64,000 nucleotides of DNA from NCBI GenBank assembly GCA_002434805.1, contig DJKW01000001.1, positions 5,805 to 69,804 of the forward strand. Direction: 5' to 3'. Every line of letters starts with the position of its first letter. Position 1 is the first letter of the stretch. Shown piece after piece: positions 20,431 through 29,644 of this stretch. This DNA is from Patescibacteria group bacterium UBA6532. GTDB lineage: Bacteria; Patescibacteriota; Minisyncoccia; Minisyncoccales; UBA6532. The notes below the pieces were generated by a model. That model had not been told where the DNA came from, did no database searches, and saw only the letters and a program-made list of their open reading frames with translations. Both the position numbers and the translations under genes were made by a program.

Positions 20431-21366
20431 ATGAAAAACACCAAAGTAGCCATTATTGGAGCGGGGATATGCGGATTGTATCTCGCTTGGAAGCTTTCTG
20501 AAAAAGGGCATAAAGTTACTGTTTTTGAAAAGAAAGGAGAAATCGGAAAATATACTTGCTCAGGACTCTTTTCCCAAAAAATATTAAAGTTTATCCCCCA
20601 AAGCTCTTCTTTAATTAAAAATAAAATCAGCCATACGATAATACATTTCCCTAAAAAAAGTTCTACGGTTAAATTCAAAGAACCTTTTTTTCTAATGAAT
20701 CACCCTGATTTAGATCAGCTGGTATATAAATTAGCTAAAGAGTCAGGAGCTGAAATTATTTTAAATTCTTCAATTAATTCTTTGCCAACTGGATTTGATA
20801 GGATTATCGGATGCGATGGAGCAAGTTCGTTTGTTAGAAAAAGTCTTGGGCTGGGAGAACCCTCCCTGCGTTTGGGAATTAAAGGATACTTTAAAGAGAA
20901 AAACGGCTCAAATTTTGTAGAAGCCTGGGCCAAAAAACATGGGTTTATCTGGAAAATACCGAGGGGTGAAAATATCGAATACGGTATTATGGCTCAACCA
21001 AAAGAAGCGAAAGAAATCTTTGAAAAATTTCTAATGAAAAATAATATTAAATTAGACGGGCTGACAGCTGCCTTCATACCTCAGAGATTCTTAATTCCCA
21101 AAAACCCCTCAATTACCCTTTGCGGGGATGCAGCCGGTTTAACTAAACCCTGGAGCGGAGGCGGCGTTATTTGGGGATTAAAAGCAGCTGAAATTCTTTT
21201 AGATAATTTCCCTGACTTTTTAGCTTACAGAAAGGAAGCGGCAAGATTCTTTATTCCCAAGATAGTTTTCTCAAAAGTAGCTACTAAAATAATTTACTTT
21301 TTAGGTTTCAATATTCCCGTACTCTTGCCTTCAAAAGCTAAAATAGAAAGCGATTACTTAATTTAA
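20431..21366 (+). CDS. FAD-dependent oxidoreductase, geranylgeranyl-reductase-like family
   Basis: An N-terminal GxGxxG Rossmann motif (VAIIGAGICG) and CDGASSFVRK. It lies adjacent to uppS. Confidence 0.55.
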   Translation: MKNTKVAIIGAGICGLYLAWKLSEKGHKVTVFEKKGEIGKYTCSGLFSQKILKFIPQSSSLIKNKISHTIIHFPKKSSTVKFKEPFFLMNHPDLDQLVYKLAKESGAEIILNSSINSLPTGFDRIIGCDGASSFVRKSLGLGEPSLRLGIKGYFKEKNGSNFVEAWAKKHGFIWKIPRGENIEYGIMAQPKEAKEIFEKFLMKNNIKLDGLTAAFIPQRFLIPKNPSITLCGDAAGLTKPWSGGGVIWGLKAAEILLDNFPDFLAYRKEAARFFIPKIVFSKVATKIIYFLGFNIPVLLPSKAKIESDYLI

Positions 21367-21383
21367 ATATTAACTTATAAAAT

Positions 21384-22103
21384 ATGATAGAAAAATCCCA
21401 GGTTATTAAAACGGTAAATAAAGAGGTGCTATACCACCTTGGAATTATTCTTGACGGAAACCGAAGATGGGCTAAATCAAAAAATCTGCCAGCTATTATT
21501 GGTCATAACGAAGGGAAAAAAAGAGTAAAAGAAGTCTGCCGCTGGTGCAAAGCCAAAGGAATAAAAATAATTACTCTTTATGCATTTTCAACCGAAAACT
21601 GGGAAAGATCTTTAAAAGAGGTTAAATTTTTAATAAAATTGATTGAAATGTCAATAAGGGAAGATATGAAAGAAATCCACCGTGAAGGATATAAAATAAA
21701 AATTATCGGAGAGAAAGATAAGCTGCCAAAATCTTTTCAAAAAGTAATAAAAGAAGCTGAAGAATTGACTAAAGATAATAAAGGAGGGATTTTAAACCTG
21801 GCTATTTCTTACGGGGGAAGATTAGATATAGTGCAAGCTGTTAAAAAGATTATAAAGAAGGGGATTTCTCCAGATGATGTTACCGAAAAAATGATAGATA
21901 AAAACCTCTGGACAGCCGACGTTCCACACCCTAATTTAATTATTAGAACCAGCGGAGAACAGCGGCTTTCGGGGTTTTTAACCTGGCAGTCAGCTTATTC
22001 TGAACTCTATTTTTCTAAAAAATTATGGCCTGACTTTACCGAAAAAGACCTAGATAAAGCCCTTAAAGAATATGCCCAGCGACAGAGAAGATTTGGAAAG
22101 TGA
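21384..22103 (+). CDS. uppS: Undecaprenyl-diphosphate synthase (cis-prenyltransferase)
   Basis: HLGIILDGNRRWAK, FSTENWERS and the RLSGFLTWQSAYSELYF motifs. Confidence 0.9.
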   Translation: MIEKSQVIKTVNKEVLYHLGIILDGNRRWAKSKNLPAIIGHNEGKKRVKEVCRWCKAKGIKIITLYAFSTENWERSLKEVKFLIKLIEMSIREDMKEIHREGYKIKIIGEKDKLPKSFQKVIKEAEELTKDNKGGILNLAISYGGRLDIVQAVKKIIKKGISPDDVTEKMIDKNLWTADVPHPNLIIRTSGEQRLSGFLTWQSAYSELYFSKKLWPDFTEKDLDKALKEYAQRQRRFGK

Positions 22104-22194
22104 TTAAAAAAAAGCCTCAATTTACTTGAGGCACAAAAGATTTTATCTTTTAGTTTCCCCCTCAATATTATGACGGTTTTTCCGTTAAAGTATT

Positions 22195-22231
22195 ACACCC
22201 TTAAAGAACAAGCTTTAAGGGTGTTTTAATA
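22195..22231 (+). terminator. Rho-independent terminator after uppS. A second, weaker hairpin lies at 22114-22131.
   Basis: A 12-bp stem ACACCCTTAAAG/CTTTAAGGGTGT followed by TTTTAAT. Confidence 0.6.
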
Positions 22232-22317
22232 AATATAGTTCAAGCTGTTTTGGTAAAGGGGTTGATAAAATTAAAAATAAGGTTTATATTGTAAATAATT
22301 AAAGGAGGAATGAATGA

Positions 22318-22659
22318 ATGAGCCAAACAGGTTTAAGCAAGAAAGAATTATTCGAAGAATTAAAGAATCCTTCATGTAGATATATAGAATGCCTCATTGT
22401 CAACGATATAGGGAAATTGTGCGAAAATACTGACGAAAAATCCAGAAAGGAAGGGGAAGAAGCTTTAAGGGAAATACTAAAAAGCAGTAGTGACAAAATT
22501 AACAAAATCACAGCTTTTTTTTGGCTTTCTGTTTTAGAAAATTTAGGGAAGCGAACTCTTCTTACGCTGAAAGAATTTAAAAACAATCCAGATAACAAAG
22601 CTCTAGTACAAAAAGCACAACGGTCTATAGAAAAATATAAGGAAAACCAATCTAATTAA
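22318..22659 (+). CDS. Hypothetical protein
   Basis: Strong SD AAAGGAGGA, a promoter TTGATA-N17-TATATT upstream, and a terminator downstream. Confidence 0.5.
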   Translation: MSQTGLSKKELFEELKNPSCRYIECLIVNDIGKLCENTDEKSRKEGEEALREILKSSSDKINKITAFFWLSVLENLGKRTLLTLKEFKNNPDNKALVQKAQRSIEKYKENQSN

Positions 22660-22661
22660 AA

Positions 22662-22686
22662 GGGGTACTTGTACCCCGTTTTATTT
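22662..22686 (+). terminator. Rho-independent terminator
   Basis: GGGGTAC-TTG-GTACCCC followed by GTTTTATTT. Confidence 0.65.
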
Positions 22687-22725
22687 ACAATCGCCAATCA
22701 GGCGGTTTTTTGATAGAATATAAAT

Positions 22726-23637
22726 ATGAAAAGAGGAATATATAAACCCTGTAAAGGAAAACTAGATTCTTGTCATGGTAAACCAATAAAGATATTGGGC
22801 ATTTCCAGCAGTAAAAGGAGCGCCAGAGGATGTGCCAGAGAAGACCCCATAAGCTTGTATTATCTTAAGCTCGCCCTAAAAACAGCAGCAAAGCAGGGAG
22901 CTAAAACCCAACTAGTTGATTTAAGGGACTTGGAGATTGGGGACTGTAAAGGATGTTACAGCACTTGTCCGGCCCAATGCCGTTTTAATGAAAAAACCAA
23001 TCAGTGCGATTGCTATCCTTTTAATGAAGATCTTATTTTTATTGACGAGAAAACCGTATTGCCAATAAAGAAGGCTTACGATAAGCTAAGTAAAAAAGAT
23101 TTCTTTGACTTGTATTATGATGAAGAAAGGTTCGCTAAAAAAGACGACATGACAATGGTTTACAAAGCAATGAGAGAGGCAGACGGCATAATCTTTGCCA
23201 CATCTACGAATTATTACGGCAGGCCAGCCATGTTCCAAGCTATGTTTTCCAGATTCTGTGCCTTAGACGGAGGAGTAGAAGAACTTTGGGGAGACGGGAA
23301 AAACTTAAAGAATTCCATAAAATACGCTAAGAATCCGAAAGCGAAGTATAAGCAAAGGCTTTACGGTAAATGGGCAGCTTTTATTAACTCCAGCAAGGAA
23401 GGAGACAGCGTAACACCAAATCTCATGAAAGCTTGCTCTATGATGGGAATGAAAATACTCCAATTAGGAGTAGCTTATAGGGTTAATTGGTACGATGACC
23501 CAGCCCATAGAAGCGATGCTAAAAACTCAAAGAAAGATGAATATGCCTTGTCTTTAGTGAATCACATTGGAAAAGAAATGGTTAAACAGATTAAAAGCGG
23601 TTCGAGAAAATACGGTCTTTACTCTAGAGTGGTTTAA
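22726..23637 (+). CDS. NADPH-dependent FMN reductase / iron-sulfur flavoprotein (Isf)-like protein
   Basis: Flavodoxin-like segment DGIIFATSTNYYGRPAMFQAMFSR, plus a compact N-terminal Cys cluster CKGCYSTCPAQC...CDC. Confidence 0.5.
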   Translation: MKRGIYKPCKGKLDSCHGKPIKILGISSSKRSARGCAREDPISLYYLKLALKTAAKQGAKTQLVDLRDLEIGDCKGCYSTCPAQCRFNEKTNQCDCYPFNEDLIFIDEKTVLPIKKAYDKLSKKDFFDLYYDEERFAKKDDMTMVYKAMREADGIIFATSTNYYGRPAMFQAMFSRFCALDGGVEELWGDGKNLKNSIKYAKNPKAKYKQRLYGKWAAFINSSKEGDSVTPNLMKACSMMGMKILQLGVAYRVNWYDDPAHRSDAKNSKKDEYALSLVNHIGKEMVKQIKSGSRKYGLYSRVV

Positions 23638-23643
23638 AGTAAA

Positions 23644-23745
23644 ATGTGGTCACTTCTTACCAAAAAAATACCCTGGTGGATGGTAATTTTAATTAGTCTT
23701 CTTTTGGGCAGCCTGCTTGTCTTATTGGAGGTTTTTTTGATATAA
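23644..23745 (+). CDS. Possible 33-aa single-TM micro-protein (MWSLLTKKIPWWMVILISLLLGSLLVLLEVFLI)
   Basis: It is an unlisted short ORF that starts 6 nt after the preceding gene. The call rests on hydrophobicity only. Confidence 0.25.
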   Translation: MWSLLTKKIPWWMVILISLLLGSLLVLLEVFLI

Positions 23746-23781
23746 AAAAAGTCCGCCAGAGAAAATCTAGAGCGGATTTTT
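23744..23781. terminator. Bidirectional intrinsic terminator between convergent genes
   Basis: A7-TCCGC...GCGGA-T5. Confidence 0.55.
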
Positions 23782-24003
23782 ACTTAGATCGCGGTCGTTG
23801 GCAAGAAGATGAACTCTTTTTCCGTCAGTGAGTTCAATAATGAGACGATGGTCTTCTGTAAGATCATGTTCTCCCTTAATTTCAACAACGATTCCTTCAA
23901 GCGTTTCCTCGGGCTCATCTGTTTTCTTATTTTTTAAAAAAATCTTATCGCCAACGGAATATTTACATTCTCCATCCAATTTCAATTCCTCATTTTTTAA
24001 CAA
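23767..24003 (-). CDS. Hypothetical small protein
   Basis: 78 aa, acidic, with no recognisable motif. Confidence 0.35.
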   Translation of the reverse strand: MLKNEELKLDGECKYSVGDKIFLKNKKTDEPEETLEGIVVEIKGEHDLTEDHRLIIELTDGKRVHLLANDRDLSKNPL

Positions 24004-24058
24004 CTAAGCATATTATTATAAAAAATCGCCAAAATGTCAACTTTTTGTTAATATTAAG

Positions 24059-24181
24059 ATGGTTATGAAAAAATCTTTACTAAAACCGAATCAGAAAAAG
24101 AAAAGAAAGTGGGGTCTTGCCAGTCGTCTTGAACATCGGAGAATAAGGAACAAAAAGAGTAAAGGAAAGAAAAAATATTAA
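24059..24181 (+). CDS. Small basic protein, possibly a divergent ribosomal protein bL34
   Basis: The 40-aa sequence MVMKKSLLKPNQKKKRKWGLASRLEHRRIRNKKSKGKKKY aligns loosely with bL34 (K-R-T-x-Q-P-N...HGF-x-x-R-M). It is not in the ORF track because it is under 60 aa. Confidence 0.3.
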   Translation: MVMKKSLLKPNQKKKRKWGLASRLEHRRIRNKKSKGKKKY

Positions 24182-24182
24182 A

Positions 24183-24842
24183 ATGAAGATCATTACTAAA
24201 AAAGAGATTCTTCCAATTGCTTTAATTGCCCTAGCTTTTATCGTTGGAAGCTTTTTGTATCCTGTTTTACCAGATAAAATGCCTACTCACTGGAATATTC
24301 AAGGAGAAGTTGATGCCTGGTCAACTAAAAATTTTGGTGTTTTCTTTTTTCCGGTTATAACCTTAGGAATCTATTTTCTAATGACCTTGATTCCCTTGAT
24401 CGATCCTTTGAAAAGAAACTATCCAAAATTTCACACTCCTTATTTTTTCTTTAGGACTCTTTTTGTTTTCTTTTTTGTTGCCATTTATTTCTACACCCTT
24501 TCGGCTGCCCTGGGAACAAAAATTAATATAAACTACTTCATATTTCCTGCTATTTCGATATTGTTTATTTTAATAGGGTTATTTATTCCAAAAATAAAGA
24601 AGAATTATTTTGTCGGCATTAGAACCCCTTGGACGCTCCATTCAGAAGAAGTCTGGGATAAAACCCATCAATTTAGCGGAAAGTTGTTTGTTGCGGCCGG
24701 AATAATTGCTCTAACCAGCCTTTTCTTTCCTAAATATTCTTTTATAATGGTTATAGGACCTATCTTATCTGCTTCATTTATTTCCATAATTTATTCTTAT
24801 TTTATCTTCCGGAAAATCGGAGGATTTAATCAAAACTTATGA
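24183..24842 (+). CDS. SdpI/YhfL-family (DUF1648) membrane protein
   Basis: [14 protein letters not shown] ... [18 protein letters not shown]. Confidence 0.55.
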   Translation: MKIITKKEILPIALIALAFIVGSFLYPVLPDKMPTHWNIQGEVDAWSTKNFGVFFFPVITLGIYFLMTLIPLIDPLKRNYPKFHTPYFFFRTLFVFFFVAIYFYTLSAALGTKININYFIFPAISILFILIGLFIPKIKKNYFVGIRTPWTLHSEEVWDKTHQFSGKLFVAAGIIALTSLFFPKYSFIMVIGPILSASFISIIYSYFIFRKIGGFNQNL

Positions 24843-25258
24843 ACAAAGAAATTTTAATAATCGTTTTAGTTTTAATCATTGCTGGAGCTGCTTATTATTT
24901 CATCTCCCAGCCAAAAGAAAAAGAAGAATCCCAACTTCCTAATACAGAAATTTCGGAAGAGGAGGGGACTGGCAAAATAGCTAAAAACGGCGATACTGTA
25001 AGCGTGCATTATACAGGCACCCTAGAGGATGGAACAAAGTTTGATTCAAGCTTAGACAGAGGAACGCCTTTTACTTTTACCTTAGGAATCGGCCAGGTAA
25101 TAAAAGGTTGGGATCAAGGAATTTTAGGAATGAAAGTAGGAGAGAAAAAGACGCTAACAATTACTCCGGAATTAGCTTATGGAGAAGCGGGAATACCAGG
25201 GATCATACCACCAAACGCAACGCTTATCTTTGAAGTTGAGATCATGGGAATTCAATAA
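24839..25258 (+). CDS. FKBP-type peptidyl-prolyl cis-trans isomerase with an N-terminal membrane anchor
   Basis: [16 protein letters not shown]...[24 protein letters not shown]. Confidence 0.85.
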   Translation: MNKEILIIVLVLIIAGAAYYFISQPKEKEESQLPNTEISEEEGTGKIAKNGDTVSVHYTGTLEDGTKFDSSLDRGTPFTFTLGIGQVIKGWDQGILGMKVGEKKTLTITPELAYGEAGIPGIIPPNATLIFEVEIMGIQ

Positions 25259-25273
25259 CTGTTATATAGTTAA

Positions 25274-25287
25274 TATTGTGCGACATT
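25274..25287 (+). repeat. 14-bp motif TATTGTGCGACATT, copy 1, directly abutting the xer stop codon
   Basis: It matches copy 2 at 26291-26304 exactly, and the reverse complement of 16549-16562 over 12/12 of the core. Confidence 0.6.
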
Positions 25288-26243
25288 TATTCCTTTAAAT
25301 CTCTGCCGCTGTGGAATTTACGGTGAACGTCCCTAAGACGCTTATTTGTCACATGGGTGTAAATTTGAGTGCTGGTGATACTTCTATGGCCAAGAAATTC
25401 TTGAATAGTCCTTAGATCAACACCTTGATTTAATAAATCAGTAGCCATTGAGTGGCGAAGTGTATGAGGAGTGGTAAAAATAGGGATGCCAGCTAAAACT
25501 GCGTATTTTTTAACAATTCTTTCTATGGAACGGGACGTAAGACGACTCTCAGTATCCTTTTTAACTCTATAATTTATAAATAGGGCTTTTTCTTTGTCTT
25601 TGCGGGTCTCCAGATACTTCTTAATCCAAGAAAGAGCTCTGTCTGAAAAGTAAACTGTCCGAGGATGACCCCCTTTGCCAATAACTCCGAGTTCTAAATC
25701 CTTTTTATCTTTAATATTGGTAAACTGTTCTTTATTTAAAGCTTCTAATTCAGCTATTCTTAAACCGGTTGAGAATAAGGCTTCTAAAATAGCCCTGTCT
25801 CTCAAACCTTGTGGGATGCTTATATTGGGAGCCATTAAAAGCTTCTCTATTTGATCTAAAGTAAGGAATTTTACGGCTTTTTCAGTTCTAGCATCCTTTG
25901 GGAGGACTATTTTATCTGATGGAGGCGCAACTATGTCTTTGGCTGTAAAGTAGCTTAAAAGGGCTCTTAAAGCGATTAAATAGTAGTTCTGGGTGATTCT
26001 CTTTAAAGGACGTCCATTTTCTCCTTTATAACGAGATAGATACAGGCGGTAGGCCCAAATATCCTCGGAAGTAAGCTCATGAGGTAGAAGAGCATCTTTT
26101 TTGGTCTTTTTTATCCATATAACAAACTTTTGGAGATAGCGCTGATAGTTTCTTTGAGTTTTATCTGCCAAACCTTTTTCTACTTCACAATAATCTAAAA
26201 AATCTGGAATATGCTTAATAATGGGTATGTTTGATTTTTTCAT
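25287..26243 (-). CDS. Tyrosine site-specific recombinase (XerC/XerD family)
   Basis: C-terminal catalytic segment HTLRHSMATDLLNQGVDLRTIQEFLGHRSITSTQIYTHV, with the R...HxxR...Y residues present. Confidence 0.85.
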   Translation of the reverse strand: MKKSNIPIIKHIPDFLDYCEVEKGLADKTQRNYQRYLQKFVIWIKKTKKDALLPHELTSEDIWAYRLYLSRYKGENGRPLKRITQNYYLIALRALLSYFTAKDIVAPPSDKIVLPKDARTEKAVKFLTLDQIEKLLMAPNISIPQGLRDRAILEALFSTGLRIAELEALNKEQFTNIKDKKDLELGVIGKGGHPRTVYFSDRALSWIKKYLETRKDKEKALFINYRVKKDTESRLTSRSIERIVKKYAVLAGIPIFTTPHTLRHSMATDLLNQGVDLRTIQEFLGHRSITSTQIYTHVTNKRLRDVHRKFHSGRDLKE

Positions 26244-26290
26244 AATATAAGGGGACTGTTATAAAGCCCTATTAAATGTCGGTTTACCAC

Positions 26291-26304
26291 TATTGTGCGA
26301 CATT
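26291..26304 (+). repeat. 14-bp motif TATTGTGCGACATT, copy 2, in the xer 5' leader just downstream of the TTGACA-hairpin-TATTAT promoter
   Basis: Read directly from the sequence. Confidence 0.6.
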
Positions 26305-26361
26305 ATCTATATTCATAATAACAGGCCAAAAAGGCCTGTCAACCACTTCCCCGTACCAATA

Positions 26362-26853
26362 TCACCCTCTTACTTGGAAACTATAAGGCATAACAACGCT
26401 GTAATCTTTTTTCTTAGATAAATAAAATATTTTTCTGACAAATGGATGGCTACCAGACGGCGGCTTTGAAAAAAATCTGTATTCTGAATGCTGTTCGTCC
26501 ATTTTAATCTTAAAGCTTCCTATCGGCTTAACAAGAAAACCGAATGTAATACAAAACATGTCTTTTTGATTAAACTTCCCAGGAGAACAAAATAACTCAA
26601 AGACACCCAAAAACTTCTTAATATTAATTTTCTTAATCCCCAACTCCTCTTTTACTACTCTATGAGCCGCATCTCTTATCTGCTCATTTTTATAAACCCT
26701 GCCACCAGGCGTCCACCAAAATCCTTTACAAGGAAAATGTTTTCTTTTCAATAATAGATATTTCCCTTTAGACTCTAGTAAAATATCGCAGGTTATAACC
26801 GGGGTTAATTTTGTTATTATTTTGTAGGTTTTGGGAGGAATAAATCCAGACAT
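26362..26853 (-). CDS. NUDIX hydrolase
   Basis: Nudix box GGRVYKNEQIRDAAHRVVKEELGI. Confidence 0.75.
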   Translation of the reverse strand: MSGFIPPKTYKIITKLTPVITCDILLESKGKYLLLKRKHFPCKGFWWTPGGRVYKNEQIRDAAHRVVKEELGIKKINIKKFLGVFELFCSPGKFNQKDMFCITFGFLVKPIGSFKIKMDEQHSEYRFFSKPPSGSHPFVRKIFYLSKKKDYSVVMPYSFQVRG

Positions 26854-26856
26854 GAT

Positions 26857-27333
26857 CTATTTTATCAACTCTTTAAATCTCTCCCAAAGACTTTTAGTAA
26901 CTCCGGGCAATTCTTCTATTAGTTCGTCTTTTTCTTTTTCAAACTCCTTTTTAATGATTGGTTTTTGTTTTTCAATTTCTATGCCAATCATATCTCGAAC
27001 TCTATACCACCAATAATCAATTTGTGGCTCTATAAAGGATATCCAAAAACTTTTTCCATAATTCCACATCTTTTGCCAAACAGGTTTAACTTCATTTTGC
27101 CATATCCCGCTTATGATACCGGGCAACTGTTCTTGAGCTTCTTTACTAAACCTCTCCCCTATTTCTTTAGCCTCTTCCATAGTTTCTGGAGCTGTTTTTA
27201 CTTCTGGGAATTCTTGAGCTAAAACCAAAGAACTTGATAAAACCAAACCAAATATTATAAATAGGGTTGACAAAATTATTATTTTTTTATATAATATATT
27301 CATAGGATAAGATAGAATATGATTAGAATGCAA
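26857..27333 (-). CDS. Secreted/anchored hypothetical protein with a signal peptide
   Basis: N-terminal hydrophobic segment followed by AQE. There is no known domain. Confidence 0.35.
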   Translation of the reverse strand: MHSNHILSYPMNILYKKIIILSTLFIIFGLVLSSSLVLAQEFPEVKTAPETMEEAKEIGERFSKEAQEQLPGIISGIWQNEVKPVWQKMWNYGKSFWISFIEPQIDYWWYRVRDMIGIEIEKQKPIIKKEFEKEKDELIEELPGVTKSLWERFKELIK

Positions 27334-27496
27334 AAATTGCTAAAAGATCTTTTTTCTTGGCCATTCAAAATCTTGATATTCTCTATCTTCTATTTCTTCT
27401 TAGGCATAGCTGGTATCCTAGAAGAGAGACAAGATAGAAAGAGGAAAAATCAAGAATCTCAACGTAGTGTCGTCTTAAACTAAAGGAGACTCTTTT

Positions 27497-28972
27497 TTAT
27501 TTTATTAATTCCTTCGCCTCTTTTATTCTCTTTAGTACTTTTTCTTTCCCTAAAATTTCAGCTATCTCAAATGGTCCGGCTGAAGATTCTTTTCCAGAAA
27601 GAGCCGCCCTCAAAGGCCATAAAAGCTTTCCCCTATCCCCCATTCTTCCTGCTTCAATTAATAAAATCTTTTCTAAGTTTTCTTTATTAAAATTAGAAAG
27701 TTTGATTTTAGATAACAACTCTTCTAATTTATCAAGAGAATCCTTAATTTCCTCATCTGTCATCTCTTTCCATTTTAAGAGGCCTTTATTATATTCTATC
27801 TTGTCTTTGAAGAAGAAATCAACTAAGTCGGGAAGCTCAGATAACTTCTTTAATCTTTCCTGATATATTGATATAATTTTCTTTAATTGCTCTATATCTG
27901 GATCTTCTTTTATTAATTTAGCTTTTTTTAAATAAGGAATAGAAATCTCGGCTAATTTCTTTATGGATTTTTGGCGGATGTAAAAACCGTTTAAGTAATC
28001 TAATCTCTTAATATTAAATACTGCCCCTCCTTTTTGAACTTTTTCTAAAGAAAATTCTTTAACTAAAGATCTTAAAGAATAGATTTCTCTTTCTGTTCCC
28101 GGATTCCATCCCAAAAAGGCCATAAAGTTAACTATAGTTTCTGAAAGATAACCATCTTCTCGATAATCAGATACTGCTGTAGCTCCGTGCCTTTTACTTA
28201 ATTTACTGCGATCTGACCCTAAAATTAATGGCAAGTGGGCATATTCTGGCCTAGGAAAGTCTAGGGCTTCCTGAATTAAAATCTGCTTTGGGGTATTTGG
28301 AAGATGGTCTTCTCCACGAATAACGTGAGTAATCTTCATTTCAAAGTCATCTACAACCACAGCAAAATTATACAAAGGAGTAGCTAAGTCTTTAGCTATG
28401 GCAATATCCCCTATCAATAACGTATCAAATTCCAAATTACCTCGAATTAAATCTTTAAACTTCATCTTTTTTCCAGAAACTTTAAAACGAATAACAGATT
28501 TTTTTCCTTCAGCTAATCTTTTTTTTACTTCTTTCTCTGGAATCTCTCTGCACTTGCCAGAGTATTTGGCCGGCTCGCCAATACTCATTAAATACTGCCT
28601 TTCAGCTTCCAGCTCGTCTTCTGAACAAAAACAATGATAAACTTTACCTTCTTTAAAAAGCTTCTTAAGATATTTCGCATAACTGGACAGACGCTCGCTT
28701 TGTTTGTATGGGCCATATTCCCCTTTAACATCAGGCCCTTCATCCCATTTAATCCCTAACCACTTTAAATTATCAATAATATCTTTCTCCCATTTTGGGT
28801 CAGATCTCTCTAAATCCGTATCTTCTATTCTTAAAACAAAACTGCCCTCATTCTTTTTAGCAAAAAGATAATTAAAAAGGGCAGTTCGGGCAGTACCGAT
28901 GTGTAAAGTTCCCGTAGGTGAGGGTGCAATCCTCACTCTAATTTTATTTCTTTTCGGATTATTATTTGACAT
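27497..28972 (-). CDS. gltX: Glutamyl-tRNA synthetase
   Basis: HIGH motif (SPTGTLHIGTAR) and KLSKR (the KMSKS equivalent). Confidence 0.9.
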   Translation of the reverse strand: MSNNNPKRNKIRVRIAPSPTGTLHIGTARTALFNYLFAKKNEGSFVLRIEDTDLERSDPKWEKDIIDNLKWLGIKWDEGPDVKGEYGPYKQSERLSSYAKYLKKLFKEGKVYHCFCSEDELEAERQYLMSIGEPAKYSGKCREIPEKEVKKRLAEGKKSVIRFKVSGKKMKFKDLIRGNLEFDTLLIGDIAIAKDLATPLYNFAVVVDDFEMKITHVIRGEDHLPNTPKQILIQEALDFPRPEYAHLPLILGSDRSKLSKRHGATAVSDYREDGYLSETIVNFMAFLGWNPGTEREIYSLRSLVKEFSLEKVQKGGAVFNIKRLDYLNGFYIRQKSIKKLAEISIPYLKKAKLIKEDPDIEQLKKIISIYQERLKKLSELPDLVDFFFKDKIEYNKGLLKWKEMTDEEIKDSLDKLEELLSKIKLSNFNKENLEKILLIEAGRMGDRGKLLWPLRAALSGKESSAGPFEIAEILGKEKVLKRIKEAKELIK

Positions 28973-29035
28973 AATCTCCTGCTTTTAGCTTAACATACCT
29001 TAAAAAGTTTGGGAATTAGTAAAAAAAAGGCACCA

Positions 29036-29350
29036 TTAGCTTTTATATGCTATTTTGGTGTCATTTATTGTTTTTTTTACTAAATGAGTTAAAGTTTCTC
29101 TAACTTCTATCAATTCTTTTAATGCTATTAATACTGTTAATGTCATCTGATTAATAAGAATTTTTATACGCATCAGATCCATACATTTAAGATTCCCGGA
29201 TTTAAGAAAACTATAATATAGTTCTCTTGCCCATATTCTATAGCTTCTTAAAAGAATTATTCTTTCACTCACAGTAATCGTATTTTTTTTTATGTTCATA
29301 GTCTGAGTTACCGAATTATTTACCAGTGATGATAAACAATTCGGTCGCAC
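29036..29350 (-). CDS. Hypothetical protein. The start is uncertain: GTG at 29350 or ATG at 29299.
   Basis: No recognisable domains. Confidence 0.3.
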   Translation of the reverse strand: MRPNCLSSLVNNSVTQTMNIKKNTITVSERIILLRSYRIWARELYYSFLKSGNLKCMDLMRIKILINQMTLTVLIALKELIEVRETLTHLVKKTINDTKIAYKS

Positions 29351-29420
29351 AGACTATTTTAATTTAAAGAACTATTCTCTTTTTCCAACTAACGAAATAC
29401 TTTCATTAGCTCGAAGAAAA

Positions 29421-29556
29421 GCGTGGGGTGGATAATATATATACTAATCTTTTCGTCCTCTGGAGAATATGAATGCTATATTGAGAACATTCTCCAGAGG
29501 ACAGCAACTCCGACTTTCTGACTCAAAGCAGTAATATTGTAATTCCACCCCTTTTA
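29421..29556. ncRNA. Candidate structured RNA of unknown class. An 8-bp outer helix (GGGGTGGA/TCCACCCC) encloses a 13-bp perfect inner hairpin (TCCTCTGGAGAAT/ATTCTCCAGAGGA), and U-rich tracts follow on either strand.
   Basis: The pairing was seen by eye. It lies in a 295-bp ORF-free gap between murG and a small gene. The strand is not resolved. Confidence 0.3.
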
Positions 29557-29644
29557 ATTTTAAAAAGTACTGTTTTTATCTTTATTCTCTTGTATTTATA
29601 GTATAGCATACCCTATCAAGCTTGTCAAGCCCTAATCCGCTTTC

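Noticed and set aside
20277-20501. Plus-strand 74-aa ORF overlapping the start of the reductase-like gene by 70 nt
   Set aside because: It may encode a short single-TM peptide in its first ~50 codons. The long out-of-frame overlap and the lack of support make it too weak to call.
20346-20678. Minus-strand 110-aa ORF
   Set aside because: It lies wholly inside the geranylgeranyl-reductase-like gene on the opposite strand and has a hydrophobic low-complexity translation.
27319-27483. Plus-strand 54-aa hydrophobic ORF between two minus-strand genes
   Set aside because: It overlaps the start of 26857-27333 and lies in a convergent terminator region. There is no SD or conservation evidence.
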